A stretch of DNA of 64,000 bases, from IMG/VR virus record IMGVR_UViG_3300028048_000065, positions 64,001 through 128,000 of that record, one strand, 5' to 3'. Every line of letters starts with the position of its first letter. The first letter of the stretch is position 1. Shown one piece after another: positions 11,669 to 24,200 of this stretch. The notes beneath the pieces were generated by a model. That model saw nothing but the letters and a program-made list of their open reading frames with translations. It did not search any database and had not been told where the DNA came from. The position numbers were made by a program, and so were the translations under genes. Origin of the DNA: a virus (Duplodnaviria > Caudoviricetes).

Positions 11669-12661
11669 TTAGACCTTACGAGCAATGTCGAGGTCATTTT
11701 CTGCACCCCAATCACGGAGGTCAGAAAGAATAAGCATAAGAATATCTGCCTGAGACTCATTGCAGTCCTTAACTGCCTTACCCTTACCAAGATACTCTAC
11801 AACAATCTTGGAATACTCGGACATCTTCTCCATCTTATTCATGGCAATAGCATACGCCTTAATCTCAGCTACAAGGTCATCGAAATTGACCTGCTTCTTC
11901 TCAGGAGCAGCTTCGACAGGAGTATCAACTACTGTACCGCCATTCTTTGCTTCCTCTTCAATAGCGTCCGCAATAGCATTGACAAGGCTATCATAACCCA
12001 TAGGAATACGGTCAGGAGTGTAACGGAAACGACTCTTTGCCGTAATGGTAGGAGTGCTACGAAGATAAAGCCAACGTTCACCATTCTTATCAATATTAAT
12101 GTAAGCAGTAATATCAACAAGACGGTTAACAATATCAGCAACCTTTTTAGGAACAGCAGGACCAAGAACACGAACTTCTGCATTCGCATTATCAGGGTCA
12201 GCTTCAAGATGAACATCTGCGTGAGCAATAATAACAAGACCATAACCAAGCTGAGTGATGGTAATAATCATCTTCTCAAACTCCTTACGAGCTTCGGAAT
12301 AACCGCCACCATAAGGGATGTCATTAATCTTCTCTACATCGTTCTTATCACAAATGTACTCGATACAACGGTCCCAAGCAAGGCCGACCGTGTCTAAAGA
12401 AATTGTGTCAAATTTCTCTTTCATCTCAGGCTTCTTCAACTGCTTAACATAAGCCTTGAAATCAGCCCAAGTAGGAACATCAACTGCGTAAATGTTAGAC
12501 TGTGCGTTCCAACCATGCTCAAAGCCTAAAAGCAAATTCTTAGGGAAAGAAACCGCAAGAGAGGTTTTACCGCTACCTGCGTCACCATAAAGGCAAACAT
12601 ACTTTCCCTTAAGGTCTCTACTGATTGTGGTGGGAGCAAGGTTCATTAAATCAATAGCCAT
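11669..12661 (-). CDS. AAA_24/Sak4-like ATPase (single-strand annealing protein family)
   Basis: Walker A YGDAGSGKT, Walker B ISLDT, GGGY, IAH and AKSR; adjacent to SSB. Confidence 0.75.
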   Translation of the reverse strand: MAIDLMNLAPTTISRDLKGKYVCLYGDAGSGKTSLAVSFPKNLLLGFEHGWNAQSNIYAVDVPTWADFKAYVKQLKKPEMKEKFDTISLDTVGLAWDRCIEYICDKNDVEKINDIPYGGGYSEARKEFEKMIITITQLGYGLVIIAHADVHLEADPDNANAEVRVLGPAVPKKVADIVNRLVDITAYINIDKNGERWLYLRSTPTITAKSRFRYTPDRIPMGYDSLVNAIADAIEEEAKNGGTVVDTPVEAAPEKKQVNFDDLVAEIKAYAIAMNKMEKMSEYSKIVVEYLGKGKAVKDCNESQADILMLILSDLRDWGAENDLDIARKV

Positions 12662-12685
12662 ATTCTTTTACTCCTCTCTTATGAC

Positions 12686-13648
12686 TTAGAAGGGCAGGTC
12701 TTCATCATCGTCAATAGGTGTAAAAGAACCAGTCTTAGCCTTAGCAGTACCAAAGCCACCAGATTTTGCAGTTGTAGTAGAACCGTTACCCTTGTTACCA
12801 AGATAACCATTCGCTTCAACTTCCTTAATGTGAGCAGTACGCTCGGCCATCATTGCGCGAACAATCTTGGGACTAAGAGCATCTTTGGAATCCTCATCAT
12901 AGGGGTCAGAACCACCAACAAGAATCATCTCAAGATAGGAATTACCACTGGTAGAACCGAGGTCTACCTGCTTACCGAAACCACCAGACTTCTTCTTAGG
13001 AGCTTCCTCAGTCTGAGAGGGAATCCAGTCAATATTAATGGAAACCGTAGCACCCTCATCATAACCAATGGACTGAATATCGTCATAGGTCTCAGCGGGA
13101 ACGATAATATTCTTAAGGTCAAGAGTATTACCATAGAAGTCACGAGTAATAAAGTGCATCTTATAACGACCAGTCTCGTGAGCATCGTCATCCTTGCCAC
13201 GAACTTCGGGCTTAATATCTTTAATATAACCCTCAAGCTGTAGAGAAGCATTGAAAGACTTAAACTCATTAAAGAACTGGACAGAAACCTCAGTACCCTC
13301 AACAAGAACACCCTCACGATTAACATAAACGTTATCGGAAAGGCTACCCTGAAGACGAACCATAGTAGGATTCTCAGCGTTCTTCGTCATAGGAGTTGCG
13401 GTCTTAAGCCACTCAACTACATCCTTATAAACCTTGCTATCTTGACCGTCAATCTTCTTCTCCTTAATAAAGGCGCGGAAACTACGAGTGTAAACGCCAG
13501 TATCGCCACACTGTACAGCACCACGGAGGGAGATGTAATTAATACCATCTTTACCTGTGCCAGTACGAGGCTCCTCAAGTTCAGCAAGAGCACCCTCAAG
13601 GATTACAACGTTCTAAAGTTTACGAATCTGGTCAGAATTATTATTCAT
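12686..13648 (-). CDS. ssb: Single-stranded DNA-binding protein
   Basis: Acidic C-terminal tail DDDEDLPF. True ATG at 13648 with one TAG at codon 12. Confidence 0.75.
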
Positions 13649-13822
13649 GTTAAAAAATATCTCCTTAAATGTCTAAAATTTGTTCGTCAAATAAAATTGT
13701 CTTTTTATTTGCCTTTTAAGCCTGTTTATTGACTTATTTTTTTGTACAAATCCACCAAAAATGGCTTCACTTGGCTAAGCATTTTTGTGCTTAGAGTCAA
13801 TGAATCTCTACCTCAGAAGAAA

Positions 13823-13993
13823 TCAACCCGCATCTTCATCATTATCATTCATGTCAACAAAATCGTTGCACTTCTGCATCTCAAGCTCAATGCCAAGGTC
13901 GGTTCGTGCTTCGTCTGTAAAAGGCTTGAGCTTATTATAGCCAACACACTTAGGCTGGAACTTGCAAGCATCGCAAATAAGATTCGTTACCAT
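13823..13993 (-). CDS. Small Cys-containing hypothetical protein (56 aa)
   Basis: MVTNLICDACKFQPKC...; AAGGGG RBS; first gene after the promoter at 14095-14123. Confidence 0.65.
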   Translation of the reverse strand: MVTNLICDACKFQPKCVGYNKLKPFTDEARTDLGIELEMQKCNDFVDMNDNDEDAG

Positions 13994-14094
13994 ATATTTG
14001 TCTACCCCTTTCGTCTATATTTGCTGGGAAAATGTGAGCGGTGAAAAAAGGTGTGCCATACCAAAAATCTCAATTCATCTCTCACTGTGATTGA

Positions 14095-14123
14095 AGTATA
14101 ACACACCTTTCACCGTTTGTCAA
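14095..14123 (-). promoter_or_regulatory. sigmaA-type promoter for the replication operon
   Basis: TTGACA-17 nt-TATACT with an extended -10 TG. Confidence 0.78.
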
Positions 14124-14256
14124 GAAAAATTTTTTATGTTTTTTAAAATTATTTTTTTGTCTTATTAAATTTAAAGGTTTCACCCTAAAAAATAAATATT
14201 TTCGAAATAAAGGATTGCTAAAAATGTTTTTGTTATTTATTACCCAACGAATGAAA

Positions 14257-15708
14257 TCAGGTAATTTCTTTGAACCATAGACTACCAACATTTTGATACT
14301 GAGGCTGTGTTGCAGAGACAACCGCACCATTCGCATCTTTCCACGCAGTCCAAGTGGTTCCATTATATGCTCTATGAGCATAAGTGTTTGTTGCGTATAT
14401 TACTGTTGTTTGGTAAGCAGAGCCACCCGCTCCAACAACCTAAACCACACTACCCTAACTACCATCAGGGAAATTAGTACAACCTTCTCCGATTAAATAA
14501 TTTCCCGTGGTAATTAAAGTATTTGCGTCCACATTATTTAACGCTCCTCCGTCTTTTGGAACGTATGTATCAGCAATGTTTTTACCGTTGGCATCAGAAA
14601 ACGCTTTGTCAACAGTATCATCCGTGCTATTGTTAGCATATTTTGCTTTAAGCATATCGCCGTATCCTGCCGCAGACATAGCGTCTACAACAGCTTTTTC
14701 ACTTGGAACTTTTGTGTTTGAATTGCCTAATGTTTGAGATATATCGGCTGCCGATATAGCACCCACATCTGTTGCAGTTAATTGAACTGCACCAGTTTTT
14801 CCATTAACCGTTTGAACAGGTGCTCCCGCTGAAGTAATATAGCCGCTGTTATTTATGAGTTGACTCGTAGTAGTTGGAATTACTGTAGTATTAGGCAAAG
14901 CCCGAACATCTGTTGCATTTAAAACAACAGCCCCAGTTTTTCCATTAACAGTTGTAACAGGAATAGATGGTATATCACTTGAAGTAATATATCCACTATC
15001 ATTTTCCAACTCACTTGTTTTTGTTGGCAATTCACTCGTCTTAGCAAAAGAAGAATCATCTTCAAGCTCACTAAGTTTAGTGGGAACAGTAATATTGACA
15101 GTTTTATCTACAGCACTATTTGCCGTAAAATTGCCAACTTCTGTCCCATTCTATTGAATGGTTAATTTGGCATCATTAATAACTGTTGGGATAGTAACAT
15201 CTCCACTTTCACCATTAATAGATGTAACCACTTTACTTAAGCCAAGTTGTTCTTTTGTAACTCTATGAGGATTATTATAATCAACTAAGTGCTTTAGTAT
15301 ACTTTCAGGAATAGTTCCAGAATCTCCACCCGTTGAACTTCCTCCACCTACTACTACAGTATTACCTTTTTGAGTTTCTAAAGCAACTCTTTTCCGTCCC
15401 ATTCCATGTTTGGCTATAATCCAACAATTAGAATAACGACCACCTTTTAAATAGAGCTCAACAGAATCTCCAACAGATAATTCATAGATACTTTGATTGG
15501 AAATTTTTGTAAATTCGTGACCTTCTTCATCAGCAGGAAGTTTAACATTTACTGTCCCATCTTCGTTTACTCTGGTAACAATAGCCCCTTTTGTAATATC
15601 ATTAGACTATGCTTTTTGGTCTACACACGCTAATATGCGACTTAATAGGGAGTCTGCTAAATCGTCCATAGTATAATCACTTTGAATATTATTTTTACGT
15701 CTGCTCAT
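14257..15708 (-). CDS. Tail fibre/receptor-binding protein (483 aa)
   Basis: Joins ORFs 15151..15402 and 14455..15030 through four TAG. Contains NNPHRVTKEQLGL, VNGKTGAV repeats, SELENDSGYIT repeats and a C-terminal WTAW; ends TGA. Confidence 0.75.
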
Positions 15709-15723
15709 AGCAGCCTCCTTTCA

Positions 15724-16938
15724 TTAAGTCCTCTTAGTATTACTTGGTAAATCTTCCGTGTTACAAAAAGCAACACTCATTTGTCCACTTTCAGAAGTGA
15801 AAGAAATTGAAGTTATAAGTAATTTATTCCTCTTCAAATTCAAATAATCATCTTCAATTTCACAAATATTATTTACAGTAAGTACAGGATTAAAACTTAC
15901 AGAACAAGAAAATTGTACTGCAACAAAGCTTGATTTTCTTAAATAATACATTGCAAGGTTATGCGCAAGGTCATCACTCCACACATTAGCTTCACTATAA
16001 GGAGGAGCAGTACGTCTTCCTACCTGTTGAATACAAATAGGAGAACTGGGATTCTCATTAGTAACAACAGCGCTATAAATGCCATCGTCAACATTATCTC
16101 CCACAACTTTAACACAATTTACAATATCTTCATTTTGATAGCTTAAACTCATATTATGCAAATCTCTTCCAAAAGAAGGATAAGTCCAAATAATAGGTTT
16201 AACACTATCATCTACAGTTTCATTGATGGGATAGAAACATAGATTACCAACATTATTATAATAATATTCAGCAGATAATTGTGTTGCTAAAGCATCAATG
16301 ACTGTTCCATAATTCTCCCCTTGCTCGGCTCGAATGGTTTGTTGTGTTACCATTCCAACCAAAGAAGGGTCAAAGATAACATCTTTGTAATCTAAAATAT
16401 AACCATTTTCAAGAGAAAAATTTAAAATTCCTCTAACCGCATCTCTTATGTCACTTCCAAGCTCAACCTCATAAGCGACTTCAAGAGTACCAGTCTTTCC
16501 TTCAAAAATGGCATACTTATCAAGTAATTGTAAAGAAACTGTTTTTTCTGAATTCCCTCTTGTAAGGTCTACATTACCCATAATATAGATTCCTTTAGGA
16601 AACCAGATAATACGTCCTGAATATTCAATTCCTATTTCAAAACTAAAACGACTATTTACCCAAAGTCCATTTACATTTGGAGTATAACGCCCATCTACGT
16701 TAACTAATTCAAGGGAAATATTACGTCTTTGTCCACTTTGATATGATTCAGTATAGTTAATACTATCAGTTACAATATCTCCTTCTGGAATAATATATGC
16801 AACTTGCTCATCTTGCGTTAAAACACTTAATCTATATCTCGGCTTAAGATAAGGCATTTCCAAAAGTCTTTTTAGTTTAGAAAAGGGAATGTCTTCGTCT
16901 TCACCGTTTGAAAATAATACTTCTCCAAACAATTTCAT
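15724..16938 (-). CDS. Tail/baseplate hub-like structural protein
   Basis: Uninterrupted 404 aa ORF in the distal tail module; assigned by synteny. Confidence 0.55.
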   Translation of the reverse strand: MKLFGEVLFSNGEDEDIPFSKLKRLLEMPYLKPRYRLSVLTQDEQVAYIIPEGDIVTDSINYTESYQSGQRRNISLELVNVDGRYTPNVNGLWVNSRFSFEIGIEYSGRIIWFPKGIYIMGNVDLTRGNSEKTVSLQLLDKYAIFEGKTGTLEVAYEVELGSDIRDAVRGILNFSLENGYILDYKDVIFDPSLVGMVTQQTIRAEQGENYGTVIDALATQLSAEYYYNNVGNLCFYPINETVDDSVKPIIWTYPSFGRDLHNMSLSYQNEDIVNCVKVVGDNVDDGIYSAVVTNENPSSPICIQQVGRRTAPPYSEANVWSDDLAHNLAMYYLRKSSFVAVQFSCSVSFNPVLTVNNICEIEDDYLNLKRNKLLITSISFTSESGQMSVAFCNTEDLPSNTKRT

Positions 16939-16962
16939 TTATTCGGCATCCCCCTTTCTTTA

Positions 16963-18072
16963 TTACTCAACCTATACAACTACAGAAGTTGAAGCATCTA
17001 CAGCTTCTCTCCATTCAAAAGTAATAGTAGTCAAAAGATAATTACTAATACCGTTTACTGTTCTTGTAGGAGCAGACTGAATTTGACAAATCCATTTATT
17101 GCCTTTTATGTCTTTTAGCAATTTCAATTTTCCATTGCTACAAAACTCTTTCCAAGCCTCAGTCTTAGTATACTACCTTTGGTACTTATTGTCAATAAGA
17201 TTTTTTCGAGTTATTGCTTTTATTCTGTTTTGACTTTGCAAAGTAGCTTTTGAAAGTTCTTCATCATAATCACATTTTGAAATAGCATACGCATCCTCAG
17301 TATATTCATACTTGTTTACAATAGTGTTAACAGGCCCCTCAACATGAAGAACTTCTTTCATATCACCGAGTAAGCACGTTACAGCAGAACTATCATAATT
17401 ACGCTGACCTACGGAATATTTATCAAATCTGCCAAGAGTCTCCCACATAGCAACACTTGTATTTTGAGTTACCGCAGCATCTTCCATGTTCAAGCCTAAA
17501 TTCCAAGTGTTACCAGTTTTTATGAAAGTGTTTTCCTCATCAGATTCTTCAATGTCACAAATCTGCCAACTATCCCATTTTACAGGAAGATAATATAAGC
17601 CTTCACTATCCTGAACATATTTAGGATTCTCAGGAGTTTCTTCTTCGTTCTGATAAATTTTATATTTAATACCAGAACTTGTTTTTACTTCTGTCGCGGC
17701 TAAATAATGATAATACTCATTATTAGCAATATTATAATCTCTTAATGTGGTTGCTCCATTTTCAAGAGAACAAATATAATCATAATATTTTTGATAAGGT
17801 GTTTTTCTATAAATATAGAAAGTAGCACCTGATTCTTCAGGTTCAGGGTCAAAATATTGTCCATCAATCTGATACTCTCCATTTGATACAAAAGTATTAA
17901 ACAGAATTGTATCTGCGGTAATACTCTTTTCTTGAGTTAAAGCATAAATATTTTTTCCGTCTTTATTCGTTCCATCAAGACTAATAGTTGTATCGCGGTC
18001 AAGACGAAGAACGTCAACATTAATATTGCTATTTATAAACAAATAATTTTTATATTCAGTATCATTCGCCAT
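16963..18072 (-). CDS. Distal tail structural protein (369 aa)
   Basis: ORF 17173..18072 continues through two TAG (KLLKDIKGNKW...FEWRE) to TAA. Confidence 0.6.
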
Positions 18073-21000
18073 GACTTACGACCTCCTTTCTGGTCTCAAT
18101 TCTAATATCGCACGTTACTGTACTGTTGTTGTTTTCACGAATCACTTTTAAAACAATCAAAAACCAACGGTCATTAAAAGCCTTTGTGTTTAGTTCATTT
18201 ATCAAATGAGAATCAATATATAACAAATCACTATTAGGATTTTCCGTTTCATCATACCAAAGAATTTCCCCATTTTCTCCTTGTGCAACAGTAGGAACAT
18301 CCAAACTTTCATAAGTTGCGCCATCAACTTGAGAAATATTTTCAAGGAAATAATAATCTTCGGCTTGAAGTTCCCACTCCTCAGTAATAGTATTGTATTT
18401 ATAAATACCTCCACTTAAATATTTACCTGTAGTTGCAGTAAGCAAATATTTCTTCGCAGCAATTTCAGGAGTAATACTGGGAGGTAATGCTGAAACAATT
18501 TGAATATTTGTCTGACTTTGCAAAGCGTTCTTAATCGCTGTAGGACTAAAGAAATAACCCGTAGTACCATCAAAACGTTTATCCTCAGTCTAAATATTAA
18601 ACGAATTTGCCGTACCATTTTTAAAGCACATTAAGGGTTCGGTTTCATCATTCTTATATACTTTAATTAAATACTGGTCTGGATTCGGGACAATCTTTCC
18701 TGTGCTATCCATATAGAAAGATTCTGTGCTACCACATTTTAAAGTATAGGTATCAATAATCTCTTCTGTAGCAGGAGTGTCACCAATCGCCTCTTGACCA
18801 TATTGTGCTGTATGCGCAATCTAAAATACAATTTGATTCCGTGGAGTAGGTGTAAGCTCGTTAAATCTTGGCGTAAGTTGTAATCTTGTTAAGAAAACAA
18901 AACTCGGCGGAAAAACAAGAGGATTTCCATTACTTACCAACCTGTCATAACACAGGCACTCTCCATCCCCAATTTTCAAAATAGCTTTGGAAGGTAAATC
19001 ATCACCAAAAATATAAATATTGCTTTCATCAACAGCTTTTAATCCATTCTTTTCAACAGGTGCAGTGTAAACAGGCGCGTTTACATAAAGAGTAATTGCA
19101 CCTTCTTTACAATCAAAAGTCGTTGCTAATGGAGTTACATTTTGGTCTATTTGATACCAAATTGTAAAATTTGCTGTTTGAATAAATTCATCTCCATATT
19201 GGTCGGTAATATCAATCTGAATTGTATACTTATTAGGCAATTCTACATCATCTGAAGTTTGCAATCCTCTAAAAGACCATTCTAACAAGCTGTCATAAAT
19301 ATCTTCACTTTGAGCAACAACATTACCCAGAGAATCATATAAAGTATACTTATAATATTTTACCTGAACATTTTCAGGAGAATCCCAATCTGTCTTAAAA
19401 TGTACATCTCTCCAAGGTTGAGTGCCTGAAGTAGTTGAAGCATAATTTGAAGCTTGAGCATTCTCAACTCCTGTTAATTCAGTATAAACTTGCGTATCAG
19501 CATTATAAGTATAAAGTTTATAAGTGTAAAATTCTACTTCGTCTTCATAGAACAAATCAAAAGAATTTGCACATTTTACATAACCAATCGCGTTGTCATA
19601 AGAAATAATCTTATTCTTTTCTGCAACTGATTGTCCCTCAGTATTAAACAATTCAATATAAACATTTTTATGTTGTTTAATCAAAGTATCAATTTGCGCA
19701 TCGGGCGTAATATACAAAACGTCATTTGCTTGATTGTTCAAATTATTATAGAAAATAGTTAGATTAGGCTTCGTTCTTGCGTAAAAAATTGCATTTGGCA
19801 TAGAATCCATAAAATCTGTATAAACAGTATATGGCGTCTTAGGAGCAATAGGAATTGTACCTTGTTCAATAATACCATCTTTTACTTCAATAAGCCATTG
19901 GGTATTATCCAACTTGTCAAATGTAATATCAGTAGTTCTCCGAGGAACAACTGTATCGGAAGTTTTTTCATATAAATCAATCCTTGCACCTGTTTTATCA
20001 AAAACAATTTCAGCAGGATTAAACTTGTCAGACCCAATATTAATGTTGGGCTGAATAAAATATTGTGCCGTCACCCCTTCTGACGCATTACGATTCGAAA
20101 TTAATTTGCCACTTGCAAGAGGACTACCACCCAAAATATTGTTAGGAGAAGGCACAACAACTTCTTCATAAGTATCTTTTACAGTGTCTTTCTTAAATAA
20201 TTTATAAGTCCAACCATTTTGAGGAACTTCGGGAAGAGCTTCTTGAAGTCTAATTTCCCCTGTTTCTTCGCCATAACCAATAATTTTATATTTTACAGCC
20301 GTTGCTCCATTAATTGAAGTTCCGTCTGATTTATAAATTTCAACCCATCTTGCTCTTTCAAGGTCATCATTTGGATTCACATAAAAAGAGGTTAAAGTAT
20401 GTTGGTCATCACATTGATATACATCAAAAGTTGTTCCATCTTTATAACTGTATGTAAACAGGTCATCAAATTCAATCTTAGTATAATTTTTATTCCAGCC
20501 AAGTTCATTTTCGACCCAATAAATTTTCTTTCTTTCCTTAAAAGTTTTGTCAGTAGGAATAACAAGTTGTTCTGTATTTGGGTCTGGTAAAGGCATAAAA
20601 TTACTATTACCAGAACTATCATAACCCTTAATTTCAATATACTTGTCATATATCAAGGCATTATTAATAGCAGAATTTTCAACATAAGAAGTCCAAATTA
20701 CAGATTTAGTAGAACCCACAAGAAAACCTTGACAAACCGTTGTTTGAGGTTGTGCAGTAGAACCACGTTTGGCTTCATAAGTTCTAATATTCCATTGATA
20801 GTCTTTACCATTTACAACATTATTTAAAGTACAGATTTCGCTTGTTAAATCAAAATTAACTATGCCTTTATTAACAACTGGCTTCTTTAAGTTCGGAGGA
20901 AGATTCGTTGAAGAATATCCGTTGTCTGAATCATAAAGAACATCATTTCCATCACCAGTAATTATTTTTACTCTACAAGCTTTTACTGTTGTCCCCGTAG

Positions 21001-21085
21001 TATTAACCTAAGCTGATAAAACATTATTTTCTGTAACGTCTATCTCAGTTAGGTTCGGATTCAAATTACTCGATTTATAGAGCAT
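18062..21085 (-). CDS. Large minor tail protein (1007 aa)
   Basis: ATG at 21085; joins 18821..20719 and 18062..18523 in one frame through three TAG; beta-rich composition; follows the tape measure gene. Confidence 0.65.
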
Positions 21086-21223
21086 TTCTTTTAATCAACT
21101 CCTTTACAAAAATTAATAGGAAGAGGAAGAGGCGAGTTGAATCCTCAACCTCTTCCTTTATTGTTAGGTTTTGCTATTATTTACAAAGTATGCACAAATG
21201 TTTACTTTCTTATTTAATGTTTA

Positions 21224-24200
21224 TTAGCGCTTATTCTTTGTTACATTGTAACGATTATGAGTTGCGGCCATTACCTGATTCCAGAATTGCGCTGGGTCGT
21301 CACAATTTTCGAGCACTACATCACCCTGAATTATATAGGAAACTCCCATGTCTTGACTTAAAGTGGAAGTGTATTCAGGTAATTTGGTTGTTGCCAAATT
21401 GCGTAAGAGATTATAAGCTTGGTCAGAATTAAGAACATATTCATGTTTAGAAGGTGTTCCATGAAGCATGGAAAGACCTGTATATGTAACAGGACCATTT
21501 TCAATGCCGTCTGCATAACCTTTTTGAGCCTTATCGAGTTCCTTCTTCTGATTTTGAGCCCAAGCTTTTTGACCAGCAGAGCCATTTTTGATAAGATTGT
21601 CAAGGTATTTAGACTCATTATTATAATCTGTTTTGGAGTTGTAAGGACTGCTGGAAGAGGACTTTTTGCTTCCCCCGCCAGAAGAGCTTCCACCACCCCA
21701 AGTAGCGTTGCTCTGCCCATAGGTCTTATTATAAGAAAGTCCCTCATTGTCAATCTTTTCATTGCGAAGACCCTCAAGACTATCTATTCTTGCTTTAGCG
21801 TCAGGTAGAAGTTTTCCATCAGACCCATAATTGCTCTTGTCCCCAAGAATATCATTAATTATAGATTGGTAGTCAGATGCGTAACTATAAGAACCTAAAG
21901 AACCACCCGCTCCTCCTCCAAGAGTTGTAGTCCAACCCCGTGGAATAGGAATATCTCCATGATTATTAAGTCCAAGATATTGAGCGCTATCCATAAGAGC
22001 TAAAGCTTGACGCTGAAGTTCAGCAAGCTAAAGAACTAATGCTGTATATTCTTGTAAGAAATTAGAGAAAATCCCGATATATTCTTTATAGCTTCCCTCA
22101 CAATTAGCGTTAAATTTCGTCATATCATTAAAGATTCTATCGTAAATCTCTTTTTGAAGGTCAGCATTAGACATTGATTGGTCAAGTCCAAACAATTCTG
22201 CTAATAAACGGTCACGTTCTATACGTTGAGCTTCATTATAACGCCAATCTAACGCTTTAAGATAGAGGTCCCATTGTTCTATACGTTCATTAAGATTTGC
22301 AATTTCGGCATCTTTGGTCTTCTCTAAATCATCCAGCCTATCTTGTCTATAGAAGTCATCAATTTCCTTGGCATTTTCTTTGCGTTTATCTCTTGGAGTT
22401 TCATAGGTCCACCCAATACCACTTCTGTAAACTCTCTCCTTCTCTCTCGCTAAGGATTTTTTCGCGGCAAGCAAATCTTCCAATTTAGCTTGTCTCTCTA
22501 ATTCATCGTTTACATCTTGAATTGGTTTTACTTCTTCTTCATAAGCTTTTTCAATAGCATCTATCGCATCTTGAATTTCATCCTTATATTCATTAACCTT
22601 AGAAACAATTGCATCATATTGAGAATCTTTATAATCTTTTTGGTCTTGTAACAAATTGATTTGGGCTTCTCTCAATGCCACAGTAACATCATTAAGTTGG
22701 TCAACCAAATCTTGAACTTGTTCATCAGTCAACATAGAAACATCTTCTAATTGCTCTCTAATTAAAGTAGCTTTTTGTTCAAGATAATTTATGTTAGAGC
22801 TATAATAATTCTCAATTTGGTCATAAGCTCCCCATTCATTAGGCTTACTCTTTTCAAGAAGGTCAAGCTTCTTTTCAAGAATATCAAGCTTATCATTAAG
22901 GACATCAAGAGGAATAGAAGCCAACTCTTGATATGTTTCAAGCCACTGCTTAGTCTTATCACGGATTTCTTGTTCAACTTCCTTAGAACCGCGATATTGT
23001 TTAGCTTCATCAGATTGGTCATAACGAATCCAATTAAGTCTTGCTTCAATGGTATCGAGGTCAGTTTGGAGAGATGTTCTCTTAGCAGCGATAAGAGACT
23101 CGTATGCGCTTGTATCAGGAGTGCCTTTCTCATATTCAAGAGCAACATCGGCAATCTCACGTTGCCATTTTTGAACATCCATTTGGAGTTCAATTTGTTG
23201 CTTAATAAGATTATTTATTTCTTTTCTACGAGAAATTTCCTCTTCAAGAGTATCAGAAGTAGCAAGAAGCTCTCTTTGAGCAGCAATAAGCTGGTCATAA
23301 GACACATCTTGAAGCTATAAAATGTTGATTTTATCTTCTACTCGCTCGTCATCAAGATTCTTTAATTTTACATAAGCTTCCTGATATTTTTGAAGATACC
23401 CAAGCCCTTTTTCTGTTTCCTCATTTGCCAAAGGAGCGTATAGTTTCATTTGACGTTCGTATACTTTCGCAAGTTTATCATATTCTTTTTCGTTGTTAAG
23501 TCCATAATAATTTGCGCCCATATACATATCTTGAGAAGTTGCGCTAATATTTTCTTTAATAGATTTAAAAGCTTGCATTAAATAATACTCTTTGTTGTAA
23601 ATACCTTCAAGTGCGCTTAAAAATTTCTCAAGAGTTTCTGTCGCATCTTTTAAATCTTTCGTATCAGGAGTAAAGAAACCAGCGCCAGCAGTTCCTATAT
23701 CTATACCCTTGTCTATCATTTCTTGAAGGTCATTCATAATAATTTTACGAGCATTTATTCTCTATTGTAAACGTCCTTTATCTTGATTAACAAATCCCTC
23801 ATCAGGGTCCCATTCTCCTAATTGGTCTTGAATATATTTTTGTCTGGCCTGAATATAAGTAGTATCAACTTTATAGCTGGAATCAGTTTGTTCTACCTTA
23901 CCTGCGGCTTCAACTAAAGCATCCTTACTCTTCATCATTTGTTCAGCGCCTTTAGTATCTCCCGCTTTAGCCATATTAACAGCTTGGATTGAAGCATATA
24001 ATTCAGTATATGCCTTAGTTAAATCATTCGTAGAAACAATTTCATTATTATTAGCTTCAATCTTTTCATTGGTTGCTGTACCACTTGTTTTAGAAAGTTC
24101 AAGTTCTTGCCATTCTCTTTCAAGTTGAGCCTTAGTCATTTCATCTTCAGCATTAGCAGCTTCCATATTAGCTTTTAATGCCTCAAGTTGAATACGAGTC

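Noticed and set aside
14257-14259. TGA readthrough
   Set aside because: TGA consistently ends genes immediately before the next gene or an intergenic element.
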